A stretch of 46,604 nucleotides of DNA from Bacteroidota bacterium (GTDB lineage Bacteria > Bacteroidota > Bacteroidia > Bacteroidales > JADFUO01), in the NCBI GenBank assembly GCA_030622635.1, contig JAUXFX010000002.1, positions 1 to 46,604 of the forward strand. The letters run 5' to 3'. The position numbers and the translations under genes are program-made. The notes beneath the pieces are model-generated. The model saw nothing but the letters and a program-made list of their open reading frames with translations, was not told where the DNA came from and did not search any database. The stretch's first letter is position 1. Each line of letters begins with the position of its first letter. Shown piece after piece: positions 17,397-27,321 of the stretch.

Positions 17397-18926
17397 ATGA
17401 AATTTTCTTCAAAATTCAGCTTAAGAAAAATTATCGGTTTATACGGTGGATTGCTGATATTCCTGCTTATTGTTATTTTGGGTGATCTTGAACCCGGAAG
17501 TCCCGAGATTACTTACACTTTTGCTGTTGCAATACTAATGGCAATATGGTGGATCACTGAGGTAATTCCTTTGGCAATAACGTCTTTACTTCCTGTTGTA
17601 CTATTTCCTTTGTTCGGCATAATGAATGGAAAAGACGTTTCAGCTACCTATTTCAACCATGTAATTTTTCTATTTATAGGTGGTTTTATCGTTGCTCTTG
17701 CTATGCAAAAATGGAATCTTCATAAACGAATTGCATTAAAAATCCTGATTTTTACAGGCATCAGTCCCGGAAGGATTTTGTTAGGGTTTATGCTCGCAAC
17801 AGCTTTCCTGTCAATGTGGATATCAAATACTGCCACTACAATGATGATGATACCGATATTAATTTCCATAATTAATAAACTTGAAGAAATTATCGGTAAA
17901 AAACAGATTTCAAAATATTCCATCGGCTTGCTTCTCGGAGTTGCATATAGTGCCTCAATAGGCGGAATAGCAACACTTGTAGGCACTCCCCCGAATTTAT
18001 CTTTTACAAGGATTTTTCAAATTATGTTTCCCAATGCTCCGGAAATATCTTTTGCCAACTGGTTTATTTTTGCTTTGCCGGTCAGCATCACTTTTTTTAT
18101 TATTGTATGGTGTTATTTATATTTTTTATACAGACCTGCAAAAGCAAGCTGGATTAAAATTGATTCCGAATCATTCAGGCAACAATATAAAGCATTAGGT
18201 AAAATAAGCTTTGAAGAAAAAATAATTTTTATTGATTTTATAATTTTAGCTTTTTTGTGGTTATCAAGGTCAGATATTACAATTGGGAATTTTACTATTC
18301 CGGGCTGGTCTGCTTTATTTTCAAGTCCAAAATATATTAATGACGGAACAGTAGCCATTGCAATGGCAATAATCTTATTTTTAATTCCATCAAAATCAAG
18401 TAAAAGTAAAAGATTGATGGATTGGCAAACAGCTTCAAAACTTCCATGGAATATTGTACTTTTATTCGGCGGTGGCTTTGCTTTGGCAAGCGGATTTAAG
18501 GAATCGGGTCTTTCGCTTTGGTTTGGAAGTCAGCTTGACTGGATTGTTACAATCCACCCGATTTTAATAATTGCAATAATTGCCTTTACAATGACTTTTC
18601 TTACAGAATTAACCTCTAATACCGCTACTATTGAAATGCTGCTGCCGGTCCTTGCCGGGTTATCAGTATCAACCGAAATAAACCCATTATTATTTATGAT
18701 TCCGGCAACAATATCGGCTTCTATGGCATTTATGCTTCCTGTTGCCACCCCACCGAATGCAATTATTTTCGGAACAAACAGGTTGAGAATAATTGACATG
18801 GCAAAAACAGGAATATTCTTAAATCTTATTGGCGTTATCATTATCACTCTTGCAACCTACTATCTTGGTATGTATGTTTTTAACATTGATGTAAATGTTT
18901 TTCCTGAATGGGCAATGCCAAGGTAA
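17397..18926 (+). CDS. DASS/SLC13-family anion:sodium symporter
   Basis: 509 aa polytopic protein with duplicated SNTATTMMMIP and SNTATIEMLLP hairpin-loop motifs. The substrate (sulfate or dicarboxylate) is not determinable. Confidence 0.8.
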   Translation: MKFSSKFSLRKIIGLYGGLLIFLLIVILGDLEPGSPEITYTFAVAILMAIWWITEVIPLAITSLLPVVLFPLFGIMNGKDVSATYFNHVIFLFIGGFIVALAMQKWNLHKRIALKILIFTGISPGRILLGFMLATAFLSMWISNTATTMMMIPILISIINKLEEIIGKKQISKYSIGLLLGVAYSASIGGIATLVGTPPNLSFTRIFQIMFPNAPEISFANWFIFALPVSITFFIIVWCYLYFLYRPAKASWIKIDSESFRQQYKALGKISFEEKIIFIDFIILAFLWLSRSDITIGNFTIPGWSALFSSPKYINDGTVAIAMAIILFLIPSKSSKSKRLMDWQTASKLPWNIVLLFGGGFALASGFKESGLSLWFGSQLDWIVTIHPILIIAIIAFTMTFLTELTSNTATIEMLLPVLAGLSVSTEINPLLFMIPATISASMAFMLPVATPPNAIIFGTNRLRIIDMAKTGIFLNLIGVIIITLATYYLGMYVFNIDVNVFPEWAMPR

Positions 18927-18992
18927 AATGTTAAAATAACCAAAATATTCTTAAATCTTGTTTGTTGATAAAGTCATGTGTGGTAGGAGTTA

Positions 18993-19048
18993 GTTGAGAT
19001 TTGAGATTTGAGAGTTGAGAGTTGAGAGTTGAGAATTGAGAGTTACGG
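18993..19048. repeat. GAGATTT/GAGAGTT heptamer repeats
   Basis: Read directly. The same family occurs at 41928-42008, and in reverse complement at 36600-36621. Confidence 0.85.
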
Positions 19049-19343
19049 ATTATGGATTAGTACAAAGGAAATAATCAGAAATTTGAAATTGGAACGTGGA
19101 TTTATGTTTTAGATATTTTTGAATGTAACATTTAAATTTTTTTTATCTATGAAAATCTGTGTAATCTGTGGTTTATTTTTTAACATGGTAAATTGACTAA
19201 AAATAACGAATACTGAACCCTGGTACACTTCGTTACAGGGCACGCACTGAATCTCGAATAATTAAATATCTGTTATTAATAATAGCTATCATTCTATTAA
19301 GTTAACTTATAGATTCTTCACCTTTTTTACCAAAAGATTGTTA

Positions 19344-19601
19344 CTAATCATAATGAAATCTACACTTTACAATCCAAATTTCATCATCTTTAACTTGATA
19401 AATCAATCGATGTTCACCATCTATTCTTCGAGACCAAAATCCCTTATACTTGTATTTTAATGGCTCAGGCTTTCCAATTCCTGAAAATGGATTTCGAGAA
19501 ATATCCCTGATTAATTCATTTATCTTTTTCAAGTTCTTTTTATTGGTCTTTTGCCAATACAAATAGTCCTCCCACGATTCATCGACAAATATATATTTCA
19601 T
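19344..19601 (-). CDS. yoeB: YoeB/Txe-family toxin (mRNA interferase)
   Basis: 85 aa. Contains YWQKTNKK..INELIRDI..PFSGIGKPEPLKY...WSRRIDGEHRLIYQV...CRFHY with the C-terminal His-Tyr. Confidence 0.9.
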   Translation of the reverse strand: MKYIFVDESWEDYLYWQKTNKKNLKKINELIRDISRNPFSGIGKPEPLKYKYKGFWSRRIDGEHRLIYQVKDDEIWIVKCRFHYD

Positions 19602-19852
19602 TTTTCTAAAAGGTCTTTTTGAAATGATACACCTTTTCTAAATTTGTCAATTGCCGAATTCAATCTTTTCTCATTAGTCTTAGATGAAAGCTCATGTTGA
19701 GTAGCACATAATGAATTATATTAGTCTAATGAAATTACAACTACTCCATTGTCTTTTCCTCGATTAATAATTAAAGTTTCAAAATTCTCAGTAACATTGT
19801 CAAGATATCTCTTAATGTTTTTTCTAAAATCAGATATTGTTGTAGTAAGCAT
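19598..19852 (-). pseudogene. yefM: YefM/Phd-family antitoxin interrupted by an in-frame TAA (codon 44)
   Basis: Hand translation gives MLTTTISDFRKNIKRYLDNVTENFETLIINRGKDNGVVVISLD*YNSLCATQHELSSKTNEKRLNSAIDKFRKGVSFQKDLLEK*. The stop lies at 19721-19723 where the family has Glu (LDEYNSL). ATGA overlap with yoeB. Confidence 0.75.
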
Positions 19853-19950
19853 TTCTATTTTATTTTTTGTACAAATTTATGTACATATTTTTAAATTTCC
19901 AAATTTTTTTTAATTAAATATTTTTGATGTTTCATATTTACAATTTTTAC

Positions 19951-19958
19951 TAATTTTG
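19951..19958 (+). promoter_or_regulatory. Bacteroidota-type -7 box TAATTTTG, with TTTG at 19923-19926
   Basis: Matches TAnnTTTG. It lies inside the ORF-track N-terminal extension of the TPR gene, which argues for the ATG at 19980. Confidence 0.4.
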
Positions 19959-19979
19959 CAATGTTATTTATTTATAATT

Positions 19980-21392
19980 ATGATGCAGAATTATCAGGAA
20001 CGAAATTACGACAAACAGATCAATACTTTAGTTGCCAGGTTTGAAGAAATGCTTCGTGTTGACCAGCATTATTTCTTTGATGTTGATGAATTTGAGAATA
20101 TTATTGATTTTTATCTTAATAAAAATAATTTAAAAAAATCAAGTGCTGCTCTGAAATTTGCCAGCCAGCAACATCCTTCCTGCGTGAATTTAATGTTTAA
20201 GAAAGTCCAATTATTGCTTTCAACAAACAAATCGGAAAAAGCTTTGGAACTGTTACTTAAAATTGAAACACTTGAACCAAATAATGCTGAAGTATACTTA
20301 GTGAAAGGAGCTATTTACGGACAACAAAAAAAACCAAAGCTTGCAATACAGGAATATAAAAAGGCAATAGACAACTCGGATGATATGGAAGATGTTTATA
20401 CAAACATTGCTTTTGAATACGAAAACATTGGCGATTATGATAACTCAATAACATATCTGAAAAAAATTCTTTCTGTAAATCCTGAAAATGAAGCCATTAT
20501 TTATGAACTATCATTTTGCTACGAATTAAGCAATCGTTCAGAAGATAGTATAAAATTTTTCAAGCAATTTATAAATAAACATCCTTACTCAAAATCGGCA
20601 TGGTTTAACCTTGGGATTTCATACAATAATCTTGAATTATTTGAAAAAGCTGTTGAAGCTTATGATTACGCTATTGCTATTGACGAAAGTTTTGCATCGG
20701 CATATTTTAACAAAGCAAATTCGTATGCTAACTTAAATCTTTATAAAGATGCAATAACTGTTTATAAGGAAACATTCAACTACGAAGAACCCGATGCCAT
20801 GACATATTATTATATCGGTGAATGTTATGAAAAACTTGATGATTTTAATTCTGCAGTAGAAAGTTATAAAATGGCTATTCAGATTGATGATAAACTTGCT
20901 GATGCCTGGATGGGAGCAGGTATTGCAACAGATGAACTCGGTAATTTAAAAACCGCATTAAATTACATGAAAAAAGCAACTGAAATTGATGAAAGCAACC
21001 CTGAATTCTGGTATATACTTGGTGATACTCAATATAAAGCAGGATTAATTGAGGAATCACATACATCATATTCAAAGGTAAGTGAATTAGACCCTTTTAA
21101 CCCCGATATATGGCTTGATTATTCAAATTTATATGTTGAAAATAAAGACTTTGAAAAAGCTATTGAAATTCTTGAAAAAGGTATTGAACAACAACCGAAA
21201 AATACGGACTTTTATTACCGCCTATTCATTTACTTGCTAAAAACCGGAAATTCAAAGGAAGCATATCGTTACCTTGAAATTGCTCTTAGCCTGAACTTTA
21301 AAAAACACACTCAAATATTTGAATATCAACCCGAATTAAGAAAGAATCAAAATATTCAAAATATAATTGAAATATTCAGAAAAAAAGAATAA
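19980..21392 (+). CDS. TPR-repeat protein
   Basis: Many 34-residue A..Y..A-type repeats (AWFNLGISYNNLELFEKAVEAYDYAIAID and others). Confidence 0.8.
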   Translation: MMQNYQERNYDKQINTLVARFEEMLRVDQHYFFDVDEFENIIDFYLNKNNLKKSSAALKFASQQHPSCVNLMFKKVQLLLSTNKSEKALELLLKIETLEPNNAEVYLVKGAIYGQQKKPKLAIQEYKKAIDNSDDMEDVYTNIAFEYENIGDYDNSITYLKKILSVNPENEAIIYELSFCYELSNRSEDSIKFFKQFINKHPYSKSAWFNLGISYNNLELFEKAVEAYDYAIAIDESFASAYFNKANSYANLNLYKDAITVYKETFNYEEPDAMTYYYIGECYEKLDDFNSAVESYKMAIQIDDKLADAWMGAGIATDELGNLKTALNYMKKATEIDESNPEFWYILGDTQYKAGLIEESHTSYSKVSELDPFNPDIWLDYSNLYVENKDFEKAIEILEKGIEQQPKNTDFYYRLFIYLLKTGNSKEAYRYLEIALSLNFKKHTQIFEYQPELRKNQNIQNIIEIFRKKE

Positions 21393-21400
21393 AAAAAAGA

Positions 21401-21436
21401 CTAAAGGCTAAAGGCTAAAAGCTAAAGGCTAAAGGC
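21401..21436. repeat. AAGGCTA heptamer repeats after a stop codon
   Basis: Read directly. Confidence 0.85.
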
Positions 21437-21476
21437 AGAAACATTAACATATTACTTAAATATAAGACTAAAGATA

Positions 21477-22238
21477 ATGAAGATACATTTACCTTATTTA
21501 CCAGAAAGACCATCAAAACCAAGAACAACCGGCATTGTAATGGTTATGGATAAAGGACTTAGTTTGCGTCAGGCAGAAGACTTGATTTATACATCAGAAG
21601 AATTAATTGATTTTATGAAATTAGGATTCGGAACTTCTGTTGTAACAAAAAATGTTGAAGAAAAAATTGAATTATTTCAAACAAATAACATTAAAGTTTA
21701 CCTCGGAGGGACACTTTTTGAGGCATTTGTAATAAGGAATATGTTCGACGATTATCTGAAATTAATTGATGACCTGAAACTTGAAGCAGTCGAAGTTTCA
21801 GACGGTTCAATGTTTATGAATCATCACGACAAATGCGAATACATAAGAAAATTATCAGGAGATAGAATTGTTTTATCCGAGGTGGGTTCAAAAGATGCAG
21901 GTACTGAAATTACAAATGAGGAATGGATATCACAAATGTTATCCGAATTGGAAGCAGGTTCATTTAAAGTAATAGCCGAAGCCAGGGAAAGCGGAACAGT
22001 TGGGATATATGACTCAAAAGGCAAGGCAAATATAAACCTTATTGAAGAAATTTCAGCTAAAATTCCAATGGACAAAATCCTGTGGGAAGCTCCGCTGAAA
22101 TCTCAACAGGTTTGGTTTATTAAGCATTTTGGTGCTAATGTTAATCTCGGAAATATTGCACCTAACGAAATTATCCCTCTGGAAACACTTCGTTTGGGCT
22201 TACGTGGCGATACATTTCATCAGTTTTTACCGGAATAA
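21477..22238 (+). CDS. comA: (2R)-phospho-3-sulfolactate synthase (ComA) family protein
   Basis: LPERPSKPRTTGIVMVMDKGL at the N-terminus and the overall 253 aa pattern are typical of the ComA/PSL synthase family. Confidence 0.75.
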   Translation: MKIHLPYLPERPSKPRTTGIVMVMDKGLSLRQAEDLIYTSEELIDFMKLGFGTSVVTKNVEEKIELFQTNNIKVYLGGTLFEAFVIRNMFDDYLKLIDDLKLEAVEVSDGSMFMNHHDKCEYIRKLSGDRIVLSEVGSKDAGTEITNEEWISQMLSELEAGSFKVIAEARESGTVGIYDSKGKANINLIEEISAKIPMDKILWEAPLKSQQVWFIKHFGANVNLGNIAPNEIIPLETLRLGLRGDTFHQFLPE

Positions 22239-22249
22239 ATCTAAACTGC

Positions 22250-22379
22250 AAGATAAAAGATAAAAGTAAAAAGATAAAAGCGACACGCAGTTAGCCCGTA
22301 TGGGTAAAAAGTGAAGCGAAGCAAGCGACACGAAGTCCATACAGATTCACTTCGTTTCATTAGCCCGAATGGGATAAAG
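22250..22379 (+). repeat. dispersed ~130-150-nt structured repeat, copy 1 (after comA)
   Basis: GATAAAA repeats, then GCGACACGCAGTTAGCCCGTATGGGTAAAAAGTGAAGCGAAGC...GATTCACTTCGTTTCATTAGCCCGAATGGG. It aligns with 29929-30079. TGAAGCGAAG pairs with CTTCGTTTCA. Confidence 0.85.
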
Positions 22380-22559
22380 TCTTTAATGAAAATAAAAGTA
22401 TAAATTTAAAATATATAAATATAGCTAATAATTCTCATTTTATGTGCTTTTGTTTGGTATTTTAAATTTGCTTATTGGAATTTATTTGTTATTTGATGCT
22501 TGTATTTTGTTATTTAAAATAAATTTAAAAATATTATAATACCGCAATCAAAATACTGA

Positions 22560-23801
22560 TCATCTTCTCCAGTAATTAACCGCATGATACCATTTTTCTT
22601 TATAATCAGGTGATTTTACCAAACTATAATCATTATCAGTAAAAGGATTATTAACTTTAACAAAATCAAATTTTATTGATAGTTTGTTACCTGCTTCGCC
22701 ATATATCCATCTTTCATAATCAGACATCCGAAAAACAATATTCGGTTGACCGAAAATAATATATATTAAACCCCTGTCTGATTTCCAACCTTCAAGATAT
22801 GAAGTAAATAAACGATTAGCTTCCTGTACCCTGTTATAATATTTCCGGATAAGTGATTTTGCCCTTGATTGATTACCAGCTATTTCAATCCAGAAATTTT
22901 CTACTGCAATTTTCTTGTCTTTTTGCAACAAAAGATCGTTAAATTCTTTTTTGGTAGTTAAATACCGCAATGGCAATAGCATTTGCACATAACTTTCTAT
23001 CTGAGGAAAGTTTTTATAAAATCTGAATAAAGCAACTCCTTCCCTAGTTTTATCATCCAATTGGAAAAAATAAAACCCTTCACGTGCTAATGTTATCAAA
23101 TCTGTTTTCCCATCTGTTAACTTAATTTTAAAAGTGCTGTCAGCAATATAGTCAAAAGATGTTTTATCGCTAACCGCAAAAGGAGGTAATGCAATTGGAA
23201 AGTTCCTGTAATAATAATTCACTATCAGCTCTGCCGGAATGCTATCTTTACAGAAAATCCTGAACTTTAGATTTTCCCCTGTATAATTAGTAAATAAAGG
23301 CAAATCATCCTCTGTTTTTATTAAGAAACTTTGATATCCAATTTTGGAAGACTTAAAAATATTTGTAAAAGTTTTATATGAATTTTTTGTATCTATGTTG
23401 GTAACACTTACTTCAAGCAAATAATTATCCGGATATTTTGCTTTAATATCCGTTTCAATTATTTTACTTTTCTGAAGCGGAAAAGAATCATAAAATGTAG
23501 AACTATCAATTATTTCGGCTGTTTTGTATGATTTATAAAGTTTATAATTTATTCTGAATTTATCTTTCTGAACATTTTCAATTACAGGTTTGTTATATAT
23601 TATTTTAAGATATAATTTTGATACGGAATCGGAATAATTGTATATTATGGTTTCTAATTTAATTGTATCATCAATTGAATAAAGAAAAGCAAAATTATCC
23701 GAACTTAATTTTGTTGTTGTATAGCATCCATAAAAAAATAGTATAATTACAGATAATAATATTAAGCTGTTTTTTGTTATTTGGTGCTTCATTTTATGCA
23801 A
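22560..23801 (-). CDS. GWxTD-domain protein
   Basis: YLEGWKSDRGLIYIIFGQPN motif, plus an N-terminal signal or lipoprotein-like segment. Confidence 0.8.
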   Translation of the reverse strand: MHKMKHQITKNSLILLSVIILFFYGCYTTTKLSSDNFAFLYSIDDTIKLETIIYNYSDSVSKLYLKIIYNKPVIENVQKDKFRINYKLYKSYKTAEIIDSSTFYDSFPLQKSKIIETDIKAKYPDNYLLEVSVTNIDTKNSYKTFTNIFKSSKIGYQSFLIKTEDDLPLFTNYTGENLKFRIFCKDSIPAELIVNYYYRNFPIALPPFAVSDKTSFDYIADSTFKIKLTDGKTDLITLAREGFYFFQLDDKTREGVALFRFYKNFPQIESYVQMLLPLRYLTTKKEFNDLLLQKDKKIAVENFWIEIAGNQSRAKSLIRKYYNRVQEANRLFTSYLEGWKSDRGLIYIIFGQPNIVFRMSDYERWIYGEAGNKLSIKFDFVKVNNPFTDNDYSLVKSPDYKEKWYHAVNYWRR

Positions 23802-23827
23802 ATCTTTTGACTTTATAGACAGACTAA

Positions 23828-25138
23828 TTAGTTCTCATCTTCTAATCTGTTCAGAAATTGCTGTGACAACACCTTACTGGTTTTTGCACCAAGTTTTTTA
23901 ATTTTCTCAACACGACCGACAAGGTTTCCTTTACCTGTTAAAAGTTTATTCATTGATAAATCATAACTTTTTTGAGTTGCTTTGAGCTTATTTCCAATAT
24001 CAGTTAAATCTTCAGCCAAGCCAACGAATTTATCATACAGATCACCGCTTTGTTTTGCTATTTCCAAAACGTTTTTACTTTGATACTCCTGCTTCCACAA
24101 ACTTTCCACCATTTTTAATGCAGCAATCAGATTTGTCGGGCTTATAAGCAACACCCTTTTATCATAAGCATAATTCCATAAATCCGAATCTTTTTGAATA
24201 GCAATAAGATATGCAGGTTCCACAGGTAAAAACATCATAACAAAATCAAGGCTTTTTAATTGATATAAATCCTGATAATTTTTTTGGCTTAATTCATTAA
24301 TATGATTTTTTATTGACAATATATGCTCTTTTGCAGCCACTTCTTTTTCTTCCGGACTGTCAGCAGAAGCATATCGTTCATAAGCAGTTAACGAAACTTT
24401 TGAATCTACCACTACATTTCTGTTACCCGGGTAAGCAATAACAACATCAGGTTGTAATCTTTTTCTTTCGTCATTATAAAATGAAGCCTGAATAAAATAT
24501 TCCCTGTCGCGCACAAGTCCTGATCTTTCAAGTATATTTCCCAGAACAACTTCACCCCAGTTACCCTGAGCTTTTGAATCTCCCTTTAATGCTTTTGTAA
24601 GATTTATTGTATCCTTGCTTACCTGAAGATTTAATTCGGCAAGCCGCTTAACTTCTTCTTTAAGCGAGAATCGTTGCTTTGATTCTTTATCATAGGTTTC
24701 TTCTACCTTTTTTTCAAAATCTTTTATTTTTTCATTAAGAGGTTTTAATATTTCGCTGATATTAATTTTATTTTGATCGGTAAATTTTTGGGTTTTTTCT
24801 TCTAATATCTCGTTAGCAAGATTTTTAAACTCAATCCTAAATCTTTCCTGTAGCTTCTCAACATCAGCTTTTTGTTCCTGTAATTTATCATTAAGATTTT
24901 TATAATCAGCACTTTTAGAAGCCAATTGTTTGTTTAAATCAATAATGGTATTTTCTTTATTGATAATTTCCTTTTTGAAGTTTGATAAATTTTCACTTAT
25001 TCCGTTAATTTTATCTTCCGCCAGATTTTTATCCAGAGTTAATTTACTAACTTCTTTCTGAAATTTATTTTTCACTAATAACCATGTTATTATAATACCG
25101 AATATCAAGCCAATTACAATATAAACTATTTCCATCAT
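23828..25138 (-). CDS. rmuC: DNA recombination protein RmuC
   Basis: N-terminal TM helix, long coiled coil, and a C-terminal RmuC nuclease-like domain (PDVVIAYPGNRNVVVDSK). Confidence 0.85.
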   Translation of the reverse strand: MMEIVYIVIGLIFGIIITWLLVKNKFQKEVSKLTLDKNLAEDKINGISENLSNFKKEIINKENTIIDLNKQLASKSADYKNLNDKLQEQKADVEKLQERFRIEFKNLANEILEEKTQKFTDQNKINISEILKPLNEKIKDFEKKVEETYDKESKQRFSLKEEVKRLAELNLQVSKDTINLTKALKGDSKAQGNWGEVVLGNILERSGLVRDREYFIQASFYNDERKRLQPDVVIAYPGNRNVVVDSKVSLTAYERYASADSPEEKEVAAKEHILSIKNHINELSQKNYQDLYQLKSLDFVMMFLPVEPAYLIAIQKDSDLWNYAYDKRVLLISPTNLIAALKMVESLWKQEYQSKNVLEIAKQSGDLYDKFVGLAEDLTDIGNKLKATQKSYDLSMNKLLTGKGNLVGRVEKIKKLGAKTSKVLSQQFLNRLEDEN

Positions 25139-25338
25139 AAGTATTTTTTTATTTCTGTAAAATTATGAATTATTTTTCATACTGCACTTAATAATAAATA
25201 TCAATAATTTTATATCTTTACAACATTAAATCATAGAACAAAAGCCGTAAGAGTAAAAATGAGTCTTGATATTACTTTTAAACTTACACAAAGATCAGAA
25301 CATCAAATTGTACCTAACAATCAAAATAAATCAATATA

Positions 25339-25830
25339 ATGAAACAAATTGGTTTGCTTTCCGACACTCATAATTTTCTTCATCCCAAATTATTTAAATT
25401 CTTTAAGAATTGTGATGAAATATGGCATGCAGGCGATTTTGGAAATACAAATATCGCTGATGAATTAAGTAATTTCAAACCTGTAAGAGCAGTTTACGGA
25501 AATATTGACGGTAATGATATAAGGATTGTTTATCCTCGTGAACAAATATTTTTTTGTGAAAACATAAAAGTTTTCATGACACATATTGGCGGTTATCCCG
25601 GGAAATATGATAAAAAAGCCAAAGAAATTATTATAAAGGAAAAACCGGCATTATTTATTTGCGGTCATTCACACATATTAAAAGTTATGCATGATAAGAA
25701 ATATAATTTATTACATATTAATCCCGGAGCTGCCGGTAAGTTCGGACTTCACAATGTTATTACAGCGGTAAGATTTACAATTGATGGGACAAATATTACT
25801 GATCTGGAGGTTCTTGAACTTAAGAAATGA
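25339..25830 (+). CDS. YfcE/MJ0936-family metallophosphoesterase
   Basis: SDTHN, GD and GHSH motifs, 163 aa. Confidence 0.85.
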   Translation: MKQIGLLSDTHNFLHPKLFKFFKNCDEIWHAGDFGNTNIADELSNFKPVRAVYGNIDGNDIRIVYPREQIFFCENIKVFMTHIGGYPGKYDKKAKEIIIKEKPALFICGHSHILKVMHDKKYNLLHINPGAAGKFGLHNVITAVRFTIDGTNITDLEVLELKK

Positions 25831-25922
25831 TAGTGTGTTTGATTTATCGGTATATTTTATGGGGTCATTCAATAGTCGTTTAATAGTCAATCTAAGACCC
25901 ATCCAAATCTTTATTTGATTTG

Positions 25923-25985
25923 AATGGATAGAAGATTAAATTTGTTTTTTGATAGAATCCGTAGGATTCAAATATTTATAGAAAA
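25923..25985 (+). repeat. 63-nt direct repeat, left copy, containing hairpin GAATCC-GTA-GGATTC
   Basis: It differs from 27322-27384 at 3 positions. Confidence 0.9.
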
Positions 25986-26323
25986 CAAATACAAATAAGA
26001 CATTCGACCCCGTCGGGGTCGTATAAACAAATAGAATTTTTAATACTATAAATATGCAAATTCGTTTTCCTTCAGTTTATTTTTTACAAATTCGCCTTGT
26101 CGAACAACGACCGATGGTAAACTTTATACCGATTTTTAAAGCATCACTTAAAACGTAATATAAAAATATTTACTATTTTAGCGTAAAATTTGGAGTTTAA
26201 GTGCAGACTCACATTACCCAACAATAATAATAAACAAGATTTGAAATAAAATGAAAGCACAAGATTTAAACATTTATTAAATAACTTCTTAAATAAATAA
26301 TAATCAAATTAAATTTAAGTAAA

Positions 26324-27190
26324 ATGAAAACAATCAAATTATTATTCGTAGCAATCATAATGATTGCAAGCTACAGCTTAACAGCACAAGTAAGTATTAA
26401 CAGCGATGGGAGCATCCCTGATGCTTCAGCAATGCTGGATGTAAAAAGCACAAGCAAGGTTTTTTTGCCACCACGTATGACTGAAGCCCAAATGAATGCT
26501 ATTACCAACCCGGTAGAGGGATCAATAGTATATTGTAAAGACTGTGTCCCAAAATCAATAAAGGTTTATAACGGTTCTTATTGGCTTAATAGCGACGGTA
26601 CTCCTGAGTTGGAGGTGGATGAAGTATTCAACTCTACAACAGGTAAAATATGGAAAGACCGCAACCTAGGTGCTTCGCAAGTTGCTACAAGCAGCACTGA
26701 TGTCGCTGCTTATGGTGATCTGTATCAGTGGGGCAGGCTGTCCGACGGGCACGAAGATCGTAGCAGTGTAACGACCTCCACCCTCAGTAGCACGAATGTT
26801 CCCGGACATAGCAATTTTATTTTGTCACCATCCTCCCCTTATGATTGGAGAAGCCCGCAGAATGATATTTTATGGCAGGGGGTAAGCGGAACCAACAACC
26901 CATGTCCAAGTGGTTTTCGTTTGCCTACCAATGCAGAGTTAGATGCCGAAATGCAAAGTTGGGCTTCCAATAATGCTGCAGGTGCATATGGCTCACCCCT
27001 AAAACTTACTGTTGGTGGCTTTCGCTCTAGCATCGATGGTTCGCTCAATAACGTTGGCAACACCGGCTTCTACTGGAGCAGTACGGTTTTTAGCTTCTAC
27101 TCCCACTACCTTAGCTTATTCAACAGCGGTGCTTACACGAACAACATCCGCCGGGCATACGGCTTTTCAGTCCGTTGCATTAAGGATTAG
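26324..27190 (+). CDS. secreted Fibrobacter-succinogenes-major-paralogous (FISUMP, TIGR02145-like) domain protein
   Basis: Signal peptide present. Motifs WKDRNLGA, YGDLYQWGR, NPCPSGFRLPTNAELD, GFYWSST and GFSVRCIKD. It is clearly GC-richer than its flanks; the 60-nt line at 26701 is 35/60 G+C. Confidence 0.8.
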   Translation: MKTIKLLFVAIIMIASYSLTAQVSINSDGSIPDASAMLDVKSTSKVFLPPRMTEAQMNAITNPVEGSIVYCKDCVPKSIKVYNGSYWLNSDGTPELEVDEVFNSTTGKIWKDRNLGASQVATSSTDVAAYGDLYQWGRLSDGHEDRSSVTTSTLSSTNVPGHSNFILSPSSPYDWRSPQNDILWQGVSGTNNPCPSGFRLPTNAELDAEMQSWASNNAAGAYGSPLKLTVGGFRSSIDGSLNNVGNTGFYWSSTVFSFYSHYLSLFNSGAYTNNIRRAYGFSVRCIKD

Positions 27191-27321
27191 CGCAATGGTT
27201 TAAAGATTCGGTTGATTCAAATCTTATTTCACAGGGTTAGGACTTTTTATCCCGTGGAATATGAAAAGCGTAGCAAGTATTCCAACGTGGTTTGATTTAT
27301 TTGTACACTTTGTCACTTAAC

